From a virus: DNA of 64,000 bases. Below the pieces are notes generated by a model that did not search any database, was not told the origin of the DNA, and worked only from the letters and a program-made list of their open reading frames with translations. The DNA is taken from IMG/VR virus record IMGVR_UViG_3300045988_087221. One strand, written 5' to 3'. Shown here one piece after another: positions 45,477-53,905 of this stretch. The translations under genes were made by a program, and so were the position numbers. Each line of letters starts with the position of its first letter. The first letter of the stretch is position 1.

Positions 45477-45768
45477 TTACAATAGCTTTATTATGATAAT
45501 TAATATTATCTAATTGTCTTTTAATAATTTTAGCATTAGCACTATTTTTCAATCCCAAATCAACCAGCTTATTATACTCACTGCTTAAATTATCTTCATC
45601 TAATGGAACTAATGAAGTATTCTTAGCAGCTCCAATTACTTCTATAGCTAAATTAGCTAAAGATTCTTTAATAGTTGGTTCTACTACAGGTTTTGTAGGA
45701 ACTTTTACAACTACGGGATTTTCCTCCTCTTTTGAATTTAGCTCAAATAAATTACTTAATATACCCAT
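45436..45768 (-). CDS. hypothetical protein
   Basis: Track ORF with ATG start. 41-nt overlap with the downstream gene. Confidence 0.45.
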   Translation of the reverse strand: MGILSNLFELNSKEEENPVVVKVPTKPVVEPTIKESLANLAIEVIGAAKNTSLVPLDEDNLSSEYNKLVDLGLKNSANAKIIKRQLDNINYHNKAIVNAKKITGIYKSDK

Positions 45769-45777
45769 TATTTAAAA

Positions 45778-46011
45778 TTATTTAATTGTTTCACCTACTC
45801 TGTAATCATCCCCATCGCACACACGAATAGTTTTAATCTCATATCGATTAGTTTTCTTATTATACATTCGTATTTTGAAAGCATAATACTCTAAGCATAT
45901 TGTTTTTGATATTATTACCCCTCCCTTATAATTCAATATAGAATCCTTACATTGAATTGAAGGACCACACGATACCAATAAAGATAAAATTACTAATACT
46001 ATTACTTTCAT
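45778..46011 (-). CDS. small lipoprotein
   Basis: MKVIVLVILSLLVSCGPS is a lipobox signal. Confidence 0.5.
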   Translation of the reverse strand: MKVIVLVILSLLVSCGPSIQCKDSILNYKGGVIISKTICLEYYAFKIRMYNKKTNRYEIKTIRVCDGDDYRVGETIK

Positions 46012-46020
46012 AATAATTTA

Positions 46021-46060
46021 AATACAAAAATCCCTGAACTATATAGGTAGCCCAGGGATT
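46021..46060 (-). terminator. rho-independent terminator after tmRNA
   Basis: Minus strand reads AATCCCTG-GGCTACCTATATAGTT-CAGGGATT followed by TTTTGTATT. Confidence 0.65.
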
Positions 46061-46097
46061 AAAATAACGTTAAATAATAAAAACAGTTCTATGAACC

Positions 46098-46433
46098 GGT
46101 GGAGCATTGGAGAGTCGAACTCCAGTCACTCCGATTTGCATCAAAACATTCTTACAGCATAGGTTTTAAAGACTATCCTTGTCTGCTAGGGTTGACAAGA
46201 TTAACATATTGTCAACTTCCACCACTCTGTTCCTAAAGTATACAGAGAACTTACAAAAGAAATGGAAAATAGTGCACCTTTCTGTTCCTAAGCAAGTGCT
46301 GCTCGGCTTCTCAGGCTGCGATAGCGTAAGAAGCGGAAGTGTTATTTACTTCGCCAATTAATTTTTTACTTGTCTATCCAAGTTGTCTTGCTGTGTTCCT
46401 TATCTCCTCGAAGTTCAAAACCACGAATGCCCC
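46098..46433 (-). ncRNA. ssrA: tmRNA (SsrA), one-piece, predicted tag GEVNNTSASYAIAA
   Basis: 5' GGGGCATTCGTGGTTTTGAAC pairs with the 3' ...ATGCTCC-A-CC (G3:U70). T-arm GGAG-TTCGACT-CTCC. An internal tag frame ends YAIAA-TGA. Confidence 0.8.
46311..46355 (-). other. tmRNA tag reading frame (resume codon GGC to TGA)
   Basis: GGC GAA GTA AAT AAC ACT TCC GCT TCT TAC GCT ATC GCA GCC TGA, read on the minus strand. Confidence 0.65.
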
Positions 46434-46752
46434 ATTTAAAAGAGTCCTAATAGAACTCTTTAATATCTTCTGATTCTTCTACTATATGGAGAACCCATAT
46501 CATACCAATCATCTGGATCTATTCTATCTTCGTCACCCATAATCTAAAAATTAATTAATGTTAAAAACTATATGTTAATCTGTTTCTTTTCGGAATCATC
46601 TTCTAAATAATATAATTCTGTTTATTATACGGAAAGCCCTTTTAACTGCAGGTATTTTGGAATCATCTGGATGTAAATGATAATTCCTAATAACTACATT
46701 AGCCTCATGTAGTTTCTTGATTTCTCTTAAACTATACATAAATATGACTTTA

Positions 46753-47358
46753 TTATTCTTTATTAATCATACATTGTCTTAATATAGTTTCATTAATTAT
46801 ATTATCATTTTCTCTTGCGAGTTTATCTAACAACTCTAGATTAAATTCTTCCTTTTGAAACTTAAATTGAATCCAATTAGGTTCAAATTCTCTGTAATCT
46901 AGATGAGACAAAGGTTTATCTGTATTTAATACATATTTAACTAATCTAGTTAAACGTTCTCCAGCTAGTTTAGATACTACAAAACCAGATAAATCATAAC
47001 CTATACCTCTACTTCTCCAATATTCACCTATTTCAGGCTTAGAGTCTGGAGCAACATAGAACATTTTATAATAGTCTGAAGAACCTAAAGTTACATAAGT
47101 ACCTAACTGACCACTACATATAGATAATCCTACATAGGAATATAAAGTATCATTATGATCTAGTGTAAGAAATACTGGGACTTTATCAGGATCCAAATTA
47201 TTAATCTCACAATGATGCAGTGCAGTATGCACATACTCAAGTAATTTAGATACTGATATAGTACTTAGTTTGGTATCTTCTTCACCTTTGTTCTCTTTAA
47301 TGGCAGCATCAGAACATCTAGTGTGCCAATTTTTCCATTTATCTCCTTCTAAATACAT
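46753..47358 (-). CDS. hypothetical protein
   Basis: Track ORF of 201 aa. Confidence 0.55.
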   Translation of the reverse strand: MYLEGDKWKNWHTRCSDAAIKENKGEEDTKLSTISVSKLLEYVHTALHHCEINNLDPDKVPVFLTLDHNDTLYSYVGLSICSGQLGTYVTLGSSDYYKMFYVAPDSKPEIGEYWRSRGIGYDLSGFVVSKLAGERLTRLVKYVLNTDKPLSHLDYREFEPNWIQFKFQKEEFNLELLDKLARENDNIINETILRQCMINKE

Positions 47359-47467
47359 AGTAATTAACTTATATAATACAATAAAAAAGTCATAGAAACA
47401 ATTAATATTCCTATTATAATAAAGAATAGAATTACAAATTGAATATCTGCATCCATATTATAGATAC

Positions 47468-47680
47468 TTAATCATCATAAGACAAACTATCCAAATACTG
47501 AGGAATAGTTACTTCCGTATTATTCTTCTCTTTTTCAAGTTGCTGAATAGCATTCGCCTGTCTAGTGACAGTTGCTTGTAACTCTTCAATTTCTATCTTT
47601 TGAGATGTGTTACTAACAGTTAAGCCTAGTACAGATATTACTAGACAAAACATTATTATTTTCCAAATTATATTATTCAT
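47468..47680 (-). CDS. small membrane-anchored coiled-coil protein
   Basis: N-terminal TM IIWKIIMFCLVISVLGLTV, followed by a coiled coil. Confidence 0.45.
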   Translation of the reverse strand: MNNIIWKIIMFCLVISVLGLTVSNTSQKIEIEELQATVTRQANAIQQLEKEKNNTEVTIPQYLDSLSYDD

Positions 47681-47684
47681 ATCT

Positions 47685-47924
47685 TTACCATATTATATAA
47701 AGTCCAGGGTCTCCATTAGCTAAATAAGATGTTTTAAATCCTAAACTATAAAAATAATCAAAATAAGCTTTTTCAGGCTTCATTTCTTTATGTATAAGGG
47801 TAATATTTGCACAGCGGTTACCCTTACTAGCTTCTGCAATTATAGCAGAGTTTACTCGGTCTAATATATGCTGGTCTAATACGACAGACCTAGATATAGC
47901 TTTTGCATCTTTTGCTTTAATCAT
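47685..47924 (-). CDS. hypothetical protein
   Basis: Track ORF. Confidence 0.45.
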   Translation of the reverse strand: MIKAKDAKAISRSVVLDQHILDRVNSAIIAEASKGNRCANITLIHKEMKPEKAYFDYFYSLGFKTSYLANGDPGLYIIW

Positions 47925-48096
47925 TTATTATTTCTTTAAATTTATATAAATGTTTTAAATACTCTAAATCTGCGATTAATGAATTTCTTAATCCAGGAGA
48001 AGCCCACTCACAATATTTATCAACTATGTCAGCTGTAGATAAATGACCTTCTACTAAGTCATATATCATAAGTTTCGTACATTCTTCTACTGTCAT
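47920..48096 (-). CDS. hypothetical small protein (58 aa)
   Basis: Own translation MTVEECTKLMIYDLVEGHLSTADIVDKYCEWASPGLRNSLIADLEYLKHLYKF... ATGA overlap with the upstream gene. Confidence 0.3.
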
Positions 48097-48497
48097 AACT
48101 CTTTAACTTTTAAACTGGCGTCTTTAAACCATATATTAAGTCTATCTATGGCACTTTCCCACTCAGATTGAGAACAGATTTTATAATATTTTAAAAAGTC
48201 GATAGTATCTGCATTGAACTGGTATATACCCATACATTTACCACCAGGAGTGATTTTAGTCACAGTATATCCAGTACCATCATTGATAACTACTTTTAAA
48301 TAAGATGCGTTGTCTTTATAGTAAGGATGTTCTCTAAGAGCATGATTATTAACTTGTATCTTTTTAGCTCTTATATTACTTACTATTTCTCCTATAGTAT
48401 TCTCTATATTATCTCTCTGACTTAGAAACTTTATTTTTAGTTTCTCCAAGTCCTCAATGGACATTTCTGAATAATTGCTTATATTTTCTGTTTCCAT
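48093..48497 (-). CDS. hypothetical coiled-coil protein
   Basis: Track ORF. N-terminal coiled coil plus a beta-rich C-terminal part. Confidence 0.5.
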   Translation of the reverse strand: METENISNYSEMSIEDLEKLKIKFLSQRDNIENTIGEIVSNIRAKKIQVNNHALREHPYYKDNASYLKVVINDGTGYTVTKITPGGKCMGIYQFNADTIDFLKYYKICSQSEWESAIDRLNIWFKDASLKVKEL

Positions 48498-48499
48498 AA

Positions 48500-48796
48500 C
48501 TATAATTTTTTTAATATCTTTACATTTTTAATTAATGGCTCACCATCAGTACCAGTTTCATCTAACAAATCCCCTATTACTAGATATTTATTACCAGTAA
48601 AATGTCTTATATAATATATAAAATCATTAAATGCCATCTCATTTGTCGGAAATGGGAGAACGGGAGAGTATGTTCCATTTATGTTTTTATGAGCTTCATA
48701 AACCGAAACCCCAGGTTCTTCTCCAATTTTTTCGTCACCTCTCCAAATACATGATTTTTCATTTTTAGGAATTTCATTAAATCTATAAAATATCAT
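48500..48796 (-). CDS. hypothetical protein
   Basis: Track ORF. Confidence 0.5.
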   Translation of the reverse strand: MIFYRFNEIPKNEKSCIWRGDEKIGEEPGVSVYEAHKNINGTYSPVLPFPTNEMAFNDFIYYIRHFTGNKYLVIGDLLDETGTDGEPLIKNVKILKKL

Positions 48797-48913
48797 TTTT
48801 TATAATATACATAATTATAGAAAAGATACTTACTGTAGCAGCTACTACACTAATAACTGCTATCAGAATCATTATAATTAATAAAGGAATACCCATAGCT
48901 ATTTTGTTTAATC

Positions 48914-49093
48914 TTATTTAAGTTCTACTGGCTCATCATTCCAAGATAATTCTCTTCCGATGAGTTTTTTGATACTGCCATTTGGAATACGAACTATTCC
49001 AAGATAACTCCACCAACAACCTATCTCAGTTCTGAAAGGTTCTTCTTCATAGATGTATTCGATACTATCTTTATCTACTGCTACCCATGCCAT
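48914..49093 (-). CDS. hypothetical small protein (59 aa)
   Basis: Own translation MAWVAVDKDSIEYIYEEEPFRTEIGCWWSYLGIVRIPNGSIKKLIGRELSWNDEPVELK. Confidence 0.35.
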   Translation of the reverse strand: MAWVAVDKDSIEYIYEEEPFRTEIGCWWSYLGIVRIPNGSIKKLIGRELSWNDEPVELK

Positions 49094-49105
49094 AACTATT
49101 TTTTA

Positions 49106-49534
49106 TTACAATTTACCAGTATCTATCCACTCTTTACTAAATATGATATTATCAGGAATTGGACCAGCTTCTAGAAACATATCTATCATCTCTAGTCCAG
49201 TATATCCATTAAGAGAAGTAGAATAAGTATTTCTATAAGCTATTTTAAACTGTTTATCAGAATATTGTTTAGCAGTTTCATAAAGCTTTTTAATAGACTT
49301 TATAATGTCTTCTTTTGAGATACTTCTTAGACCCCAATTTTCTTTCACTCGAAGATCTTTAGTAGGTAAAGCATAAGCATTACCTTGTAGACCTTCACCC
49401 TGACCATAAATAGCACCAAATTGATTTCTTGCTACTTTAGCTGCTCCTGCACCATGTCTTCCTTCAGGGTTACTACCAAATACAAATATAGTATTTGTCT
49501 CAGGAGTAATATTACCAATATAAAATTTTCTCAT
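49106..49534 (-). CDS. conserved phage protein (FVFGSNxxGRHGAGAA motif), function unknown
   Basis: The track start is TTG; the ATG (MRKFYIGN) is at 49532-49534. I have seen the motif FVFGSNPEGRHGAGAAKVA...GNAYALPTKD in phage and bacterial hypothetical proteins but cannot name the family. Confidence 0.5.
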   Translation of the reverse strand: MRKFYIGNITPETNTIFVFGSNPEGRHGAGAAKVARNQFGAIYGQGEGLQGNAYALPTKDLRVKENWGLRSISKEDIIKSIKKLYETAKQYSDKQFKIAYRNTYSTSLNGYTGLEMIDMFLEAGPIPDNIIFSKEWIDTGKL

Positions 49535-49634
49535 AACTATTTCTTCATTTTTGAATAAGGACAAACTACTACTTTTCGATAGTGTTCACACTTATCCTTG
49601 TAATTACAAATATCACAAAAACAATATGCCATAA

Positions 49635-49877
49635 CTATTCCTCCAACTTTGGACTCCAATATTTTGTCCCACAGTAATCTTCCCCACATAGCTCTCTATT
49701 GTTCTGATACTGACAATTAGAACAACTTCTCTCGCTTGGATTCCACAGCATGAAATAAATCGCATTACGAAAACCTTGGTCATATATCTCTTGTTCATAT
49801 GCGCTAAAATCTTCTATATAAGCTCCTTCTTCTTTTGCTTGTTGAATTATTTCATCTATTTTTTCATTAATTTCCAT
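49635..49877 (-). CDS. hypothetical protein (C-terminal Cys-rich)
   Basis: Track ORF, preferred over the overlapping 49613..49798 frame. Confidence 0.45.
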   Translation of the reverse strand: MEINEKIDEIIQQAKEEGAYIEDFSAYEQEIYDQGFRNAIYFMLWNPSERSCSNCQYQNNRELCGEDYCGTKYWSPKLEE

Positions 49878-49879
49878 AA

Positions 49880-50290
49880 CTATTTCTCCACTTTTACACC
49901 GAATGGACTGTCATCAATAAAGGTGAAATCTTCGAATATATCCTTTAGAAAGAGTATTTCTGAGTTACACATACAGACAGAATTGTCTGAATTTATACTT
50001 CCAATAAAAGTTTTATTGCCGTCTCTATCTTTTACCCACCCAAATGGTTGATGCTTTTGCATTTCATTCCAGCATTCTTTTAGGTTTTCAAATGGATAAT
50101 ACTTTGGTTCTGGCTTGATGCGATATCTTTGTGGGGTAGCTATGAGAGTATCAAGAAACAAACCTTCTTCATTGCCATCTATATCTACCCAGCTATCACC
50201 ATTTACTCCAAATTGAATAGTTTTACCTTCTGCAAATGCTTTAAGAATAGGCATCAATTTATTAATATCTTTTTTATAAATTTTTTCCAT
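49880..50290 (-). CDS. hypothetical protein
   Basis: Track ORF. Confidence 0.5.
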   Translation of the reverse strand: MEKIYKKDINKLMPILKAFAEGKTIQFGVNGDSWVDIDGNEEGLFLDTLIATPQRYRIKPEPKYYPFENLKECWNEMQKHQPFGWVKDRDGNKTFIGSINSDNSVCMCNSEILFLKDIFEDFTFIDDSPFGVKVEK

Positions 50291-50477
50291 ATTCTAACCT
50301 ATATAATTTTTTATTCTTCCGCACTTTCGGCATTCTTCAAAGTTGATTCTGCCGTATTCTTTATAGACATACTTATGACGACAAGTAACATTTTGCTGCC
50401 ACCATGTCTTTAAGAATAAAATTATATCTCCTATCATAATTAATTCTTCATCTCTTTTATTAATAAATTACTTTTTC

Positions 50478-50813
50478 CTAACTATTTAAATTGGTTTTAT
50501 AAAAGTCTGGAACTCTATTGACTTCCCACCAAAAACTTCCTTCGTCTCCCCAAGATACTATCCATACTGGTTCTTTAGTATCTTTATCTCGACAATATAC
50601 TATACCTTGAACCTCTTCTTGCATATCGAAAGGGCTGACTTCAAAGTCTAAATCCTCTAAAGTGGTATAGACTTTACAAGAAAACACATCTCTTTCTTCA
50701 CCATAGAATCTAGCAGCGGATTCTTCATCATTGCACAAGTCTATTTTAAGTATTTCTAGATTATTCTCTTCAACAACCTCTAGAATTGATTCTTTAACAT
50801 TCATTTTACCCAT
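50478..50813 (-). CDS. hypothetical acidic protein
   Basis: Track ORF. Confidence 0.5.
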   Translation of the reverse strand: MGKMNVKESILEVVEENNLEILKIDLCNDEESAARFYGEERDVFSCKVYTTLEDLDFEVSPFDMQEEVQGIVYCRDKDTKEPVWIVSWGDEGSFWWEVNRVPDFYKTNLNS

Positions 50814-50828
50814 TATTTATCCTTCTTG

Positions 50829-50990
50829 TTACAGTCCAAATATATCCTCATTATCAATGTCACATTCAATAAATGCATTATGTTTACTATCTACATTAAT
50901 TGCAATTAAATGCAAACAACCCAAACAATCATGGCAATCTTTTCTTGGTCTATCATTGTCTGGCACAAGTTCAAAAACATCTATATTCAT
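50829..50990 (-). CDS. hypothetical small Cys-rich protein (53 aa)
   Basis: Own translation MNIDVFELVPDNDRPRKDCHDCLGCLHLIAINVDSKHNAFIECDIDNEDIFGL. Confidence 0.3.
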   Translation of the reverse strand: MNIDVFELVPDNDRPRKDCHDCLGCLHLIAINVDSKHNAFIECDIDNEDIFGL

Positions 50991-51025
50991 ATCTTTTTGA
51001 GTTTATTTAATAATTAATTTGTTAA

Positions 51026-51313
51026 TTAAGTATTCATAAAATCTTCTATTGGGTCTGATAAATATATCCATTCATCAGTTCCCTTTCTTCTGGCTTGAAA
51101 CTCCATAGGTGGAACATTTTCCCAATCATCAAAATTATACTTTTGGTGAGCATCAATCAGACATTCATATAAATCTTCACTGAAAGGTTTATCAAATATT
51201 GAACTTGGCTTATATTCTTTCGATGTAAATAATACATCTACCACATTATCTTTCTCATCCAATATAACTAATCTAAATTGGATTAAATCAATGCACTTAT
51301 TATACCATGTCAT
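51026..51313 (-). CDS. hypothetical protein
   Basis: Track ORF. A GAGGA Shine-Dalgarno-like element lies 5 nt upstream of the ATG. Confidence 0.5.
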   Translation of the reverse strand: MTWYNKCIDLIQFRLVILDEKDNVVDVLFTSKEYKPSSIFDKPFSEDLYECLIDAHQKYNFDDWENVPPMEFQARRKGTDEWIYLSDPIEDFMNT

Positions 51314-51327
51314 ATTTCCTCTTTCTA

Positions 51328-51351
51328 CCCTCTCCCTTTCTCAGGAGAGGG
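51328..51351. promoter_or_regulatory. GC-rich 8-bp hairpin between the Tad2-like gene and the next gene
   Basis: CCCTCTCC-ctttctca-GGAGAGGG read directly. No U-tract on the minus strand. Confidence 0.5.
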
Positions 51352-51358
51352 TAATTTG

Positions 51359-51691
51359 CTAATCTGTTACAACTTCCCAATCTTCTGCAAACACATCGCT
51401 AGAAGAAGGAACCCATGAATCTGCTCTACCATCGAGATTGATAATTAACATTTGATTGGTATAGTCAATGTGAGGATTGTCACGAGACATCAAGATGTCC
51501 TTAGCAGATTGAGGAAGCGATTGCATCTTAGGAATGATATCACCTTCAATGTGTGAAGGAACCTGCTTAACGATAAACAATCCTTTACCATTCCAACCGC
51601 TACGACGGCAAGCTTTACCCTCTTTCAAAAACTGAATGGCATTTCCAAAATCAAAATGCCTATTTGCTAAATACTCATTATTTTCTGTCAT
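51359..51691 (-). CDS. DUF2829-domain protein (Tad2-like, candidate Thoeris anti-defence sponge)
   Basis: FDFGNAIQFLKEGKACRRSGWNGKGLFI ... DSWVPSSSDVFAEDWEVV matches the DUF2829 signature (GWNGKG ... W.PS..D..AEDWE). Confidence 0.75.
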   Translation of the reverse strand: MTENNEYLANRHFDFGNAIQFLKEGKACRRSGWNGKGLFIVKQVPSHIEGDIIPKMQSLPQSAKDILMSRDNPHIDYTNQMLIINLDGRADSWVPSSSDVFAEDWEVVTD

Positions 51692-51725
51692 ATTACAAAT
51701 TATTTTATATTCTCATAGGAGATGG

Positions 51726-52211
51726 TTAGTCTTTCTTAGGCTTAATGCCCCAAGCAATACATCCAAATCTAGTGTCTGTGTCAATATTTGAACCGTCAAA
51801 TACAATTTCTTCTCCACCGATAGATGTTAAAGTAATACCTGTAGGTAAAGAAGGATAAAGATATAGTGGAATTAAACGAAGTCCAAGAGTATTTTTCTGG
51901 TTAGCAACCTTCTTCTCAAATTCTTCCTTTGTAAGATGCCCCTTCCCAAATTCAGACCGAATGAGAGAAATCTCTTCTTCAACATCTTCATCAGATTGCC
52001 AACTTCCAAAATGCAAAGCCTTACATTGACTTTCTGTAAGAGTGCTCCAATCAATGTCTTTCTTGAACTGCTTTTGGACTTTTTGCCAAGCATCATTGAA
52101 ACTTTTCTTTTTATAATCTTCACCCCAATGATATACTTGAATACATGCAATTTGATTTGCAAGCCATTTCAAGGTATTATTAACCTTTTCTTCTAATGAA
52201 ATTTGTTTCAT
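51726..52211 (-). CDS. hypothetical protein
   Basis: Track ORF. The overlapping frame 51872..52162 is rejected. Confidence 0.5.
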   Translation of the reverse strand: MKQISLEEKVNNTLKWLANQIACIQVYHWGEDYKKKSFNDAWQKVQKQFKKDIDWSTLTESQCKALHFGSWQSDEDVEEEISLIRSEFGKGHLTKEEFEKKVANQKNTLGLRLIPLYLYPSLPTGITLTSIGGEEIVFDGSNIDTDTRFGCIAWGIKPKKD

Positions 52212-52242
52212 ATTACTTACATTTATGTCCTATAAGGACTGA

Positions 52243-52374
52243 TTATTCTTCCACTTCAATGTACTTAACGGGATTGTTTGGGTCTGCACAACATGCGTGC
52301 TGAATACATTCAAACTTACCGTCATATACACATCCCTCACACATCAAAGTAGGGTCAGGAACTTCTTTAATCAT
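52243..52374 (-). CDS. Cys-rich micro-protein (43 aa; C-x2-C ... C-x4-CC)
   Basis: Own translation MIKEVPDPTLMCEGCVYDGKFECIQHACCADPNNPVKYIEVEE. Same Cys pattern as 54455..54619. Confidence 0.35.
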   Translation of the reverse strand: MIKEVPDPTLMCEGCVYDGKFECIQHACCADPNNPVKYIEVEE

Positions 52375-52377
52375 AAT

Positions 52378-52836
52378 CTATTTATTATTTAATGTATCTT
52401 TAATATAACCTTCTTCAACACACCAATTATAGGCATTCTTGGCAGCTTCAAAGGGAGTTACTCCTTTTATTACTTCTATAGAATCACTCTCCTCTGCGTC
52501 TATCCAATCAATAGCCCACATTCCTTCAAACTTGTATAAAGTAGGAATATAAGCCCAATCATTATCTGTTGTTTCAAGTTTACCATTCTTAAAAGTAAAG
52601 TAAGGAAGTGCTATAATATAATCCTCCAATGTTGGTGTTGAATATTTAAGTTCACAGAAACTTACCATTGTTGCAGTTTTTCCATGTTCCTTAGTCTTAG
52701 CTTCTTCAAAAGCTTCAACATCTTCTTGAGTCATCATGGATTTCACTTCATAGATAGCTGTATACTCAAGATAAGGAATTGTTGATGTTTCTGATATGTC
52801 TACTCGATAGTTTACTAAATATTTTCTCATTGTCAA
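52378..52836 (-). CDS. hypothetical protein
   Basis: Track ORF. Confidence 0.5.
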   Translation of the reverse strand: MTMRKYLVNYRVDISETSTIPYLEYTAIYEVKSMMTQEDVEAFEEAKTKEHGKTATMVSFCELKYSTPTLEDYIIALPYFTFKNGKLETTDNDWAYIPTLYKFEGMWAIDWIDAEESDSIEVIKGVTPFEAAKNAYNWCVEEGYIKDTLNNK

Positions 52837-53008
52837 ATATTTTATTCTTCTAATTCTTTTTGAATATCATCCAACATCTCTGAAACTTCATCTATAGATA
52901 AATTAGAATCAAGATCAGGATGACGAGCTCTATAATAGAGGTCTCTTCGAAATTCGATGATTTTATTTATAGCTGTAATCTTACTCATCTATTAATTTAA
53001 GTTTATTA

Positions 53009-53440
53009 TTAAAATATTGAGTGTCTTTTAGTTATAGTGAATTTAGATAAATCTTGAACATCCTTTATATCGGGTCTTCCCTTTGGACTAAGCCAGTAAT
53101 CATATCTAATATACAATTCATCATAGTCACCAAGTAACCAACATTTACGTCCATTTGAAATATCTACCAATTCATCATCTATGCAGACAACGTTTCCCTG
53201 ACTATCTTTAAGATTTGTAGTTCTCCTTATTTTAAACCAATAAGTTAGAACATCCTTAGTTTTCTTATTAATGTATACAGAAAAATCTACCGTACTTCCA
53301 TAAAGTAAATTATAACCTGGATATTTAGTAAATATCTCCTTCTCTGTATCTTCAAGCTCTTCCCAAGAATGAACTATTTTATACAGTTCCTTATTTAAAT
53401 ATACAAAGAACTCTGTTTTTACTATTTTACCAACGTTCAT
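53009..53440 (-). CDS. hypothetical protein
   Basis: Track ORF. Confidence 0.5.
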   Translation of the reverse strand: MNVGKIVKTEFFVYLNKELYKIVHSWEELEDTEKEIFTKYPGYNLLYGSTVDFSVYINKKTKDVLTYWFKIRRTTNLKDSQGNVVCIDDELVDISNGRKCWLLGDYDELYIRYDYWLSPKGRPDIKDVQDLSKFTITKRHSIF

Positions 53441-53710
53441 TAATTAATATATTTATAAAAGTGCACAACCTATAATAGTAGCTGTAGTTATAAGTATTAA
53501 TATAACCCATCCTAATGCTTCATCTACTTCTGTCATTTATTTATATTTAATCCTTTATAGGATAATTAATCAATTTTTATTATTGCCATAGAGGAAACAT
53601 CCCTGATATTTCCATAACAAGTGTATACTGCCTCTATGAAATCGTTCTTAGTGAGAAACTTTTCATCAGGAGGCAATGTTATATCTATTGTGAACTTAAT
53701 ATGTTTCATA

Positions 53711-53905
53711 CTAATATCTATTTATGTTCAAAGTGTTAAACATCAGACATATTAAACTTAAAGAGGATACTGACATAATGACTACTCCGAATATGAAAAG
53801 AGGAACACCTACAACAGCAAACCATATACTCTTAGTCATTTCCATCCCGGAATAAGACATAATATAACCAAAAAGTATTGCTATTATTAACAATACTATA
53901 TTCAT
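53711..53905 (-). CDS. small integral membrane protein
   Basis: Two TM helices in 64 aa. Confidence 0.45.
   Translation of the reverse strand: MNIVLLIIAILFGYIMSYSGMEMTKSIWFAVVGVPLFIFGVVIMSVSSLSLICLMFNTLNINRY

Noticed and set aside
46179-46361. Plus-strand 60-aa ORF
   Set aside because: It lies entirely inside the tmRNA gene on the opposite strand. The tmRNA explains the region.
46098-46433. tmRNA-like sequence as an attP / integration remnant of host ssrA
   Set aside because: The 5' acceptor half, the tag ORF and the 3' T-arm/acceptor half are all present in one piece. No integrase or recombinase is nearby, and the window shows no lysogeny genes.
5978-49564. Track N-termini that begin at TTG or GTG (6037, 21464, 30191, 32075, 33410, 35458, 49564, 56133)
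   Set aside because: I read the start codons directly. They are non-ATG and overlap the upstream genes or a terminator. In-frame ATGs located just after the upstream stops are more plausible, so coordinates were trimmed. 35458 was left as uncertain.
49613-49798. 61-aa minus-strand ORF overlapping 49635..49877
   Set aside because: It competes with a longer, more protein-like frame. Part of the same space is better explained by a small Cys-rich ORF ending at the TAG 5 nt before the ATG at 49532-49534.
51872-52162. Minus-strand 96-aa alternative frame inside 51726..52211
   Set aside because: It is embedded in the longer ORF and is K/L/R-rich low-complexity sequence with no independent start context.
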